A stretch of DNA of 64,000 nt, taken from Squalus acanthias. Its lineage: Eukaryota. The number at the start of each line of letters is the position of its first letter. The first letter of the stretch is position 1. Below, piece after piece: positions 63,505 through 64,000 of the stretch. A program made the translations under genes and the position numbers. The stretch lies in NCBI GenBank assembly GCA_030390025.1, contig CM059432.1, forward strand, positions 141,858,001-141,922,000. The letters run 5' to 3'. Under the pieces are notes generated by a model, which was not told the DNA's origin, searched no databases, and saw only the letters and a list, made by a program, of their open reading frames with translations.

Positions 63505-63895
63505 GAAAGAAAGATTTGCATTTCTGTAGCGCCTTTCATGACCATCGGACGTCCCAAAGCGCTTTACAGCCAATTAAGTACTTTTGAAGTGTAGTCACTA
63601 TTGTAATGTAGGAAACATGGCAGCCAATTTTTCTCACAGCAAGCTCCCACAAAAAACAGCAATGTGATAATGACCAGATAATAGGTGTTGGTTGAGGGAT
63701 AAATATTGGCCAGGACACCAGGGAGAACTCCCCTGCTTTTCTACAAAATTGTGCCATGGGATCTTTTATGTCCACCTGAGAGCACCTCTGACTGTGCAGC
63801 ACTCCCTCAGTACTGTGCAGCACTCCCTCACTACTGCACTAGAGTGTCAGCCAAGATTTTTGTGCGCAAGTCTGTGGAGTGGGACTTGAACCCAC

Positions 63896-63937
<42 letters not shown>

Positions 63938-63945
63938 GACTGACC
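63505..63945 (-). mobile_element. Near-full-length Deu-domain tRNA-SINE (SacSINE1-like)
   Basis: tRNA head at ~63880-63945, body and L2-like tail. Tail-only copies occur at ~2150-2230, 51755-51920 and 61245-61345. Confidence 0.8.
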
Positions 63946-64000
63946 CTACCAAGGCTCTATGGGGGAAAAATTGGGTATCACCCATTTTTGGGTGCTAATA

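Noticed and set aside
61640..64000. IL-17 cystine-knot exon 3
   Set aside because: Only L2, CR1 and SINE sequence was recognised, with no RYP..A.C.C..C motif.

Overview
Repeat-rich vertebrate genomic DNA, very probably a cartilaginous fish (shark). This is inferred from the HE1/V-SINE, the SacSINE1-like Deu-domain SINEs and the abundant CR1, L2 and Penelope elements. It holds two partial host genes arranged divergently. The first is an anoctamin-10 (ANO10/TMEM16K)-like gene on the minus strand, with a non-coding exon 1 in a CpG island at ~25.5 kb and four coding exons running down to 3.6 kb; the rest lies outside the window. The second is an IL-17-family cytokine on the plus strand (exons at 61165-61182 and 61394-61638) whose N-terminus resembles IL-25/IL-17E and whose pre-knot segment resembles IL-17C. 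Between them lies a ~21 kb array of a 24-bp satellite that begins right at the ANO10 promoter. The array contains CTCF-like motifs and multi-kb higher-order duplications, one marked by a duplicated CR1 fragment. Inserted near its right end is a decayed endogenous retrovirus (46423-~50880, minus strand) with PR-RT-tether-RNaseH-IN, a PPT and a 302-bp 3' LTR. Its env has a paramyxovirus-F-like layout, which points to a lokiretrovirus-like lineage. The long ORFs in the two tandem arrays are repeat artefacts. There is one 200-N assembly gap (4542-4741).
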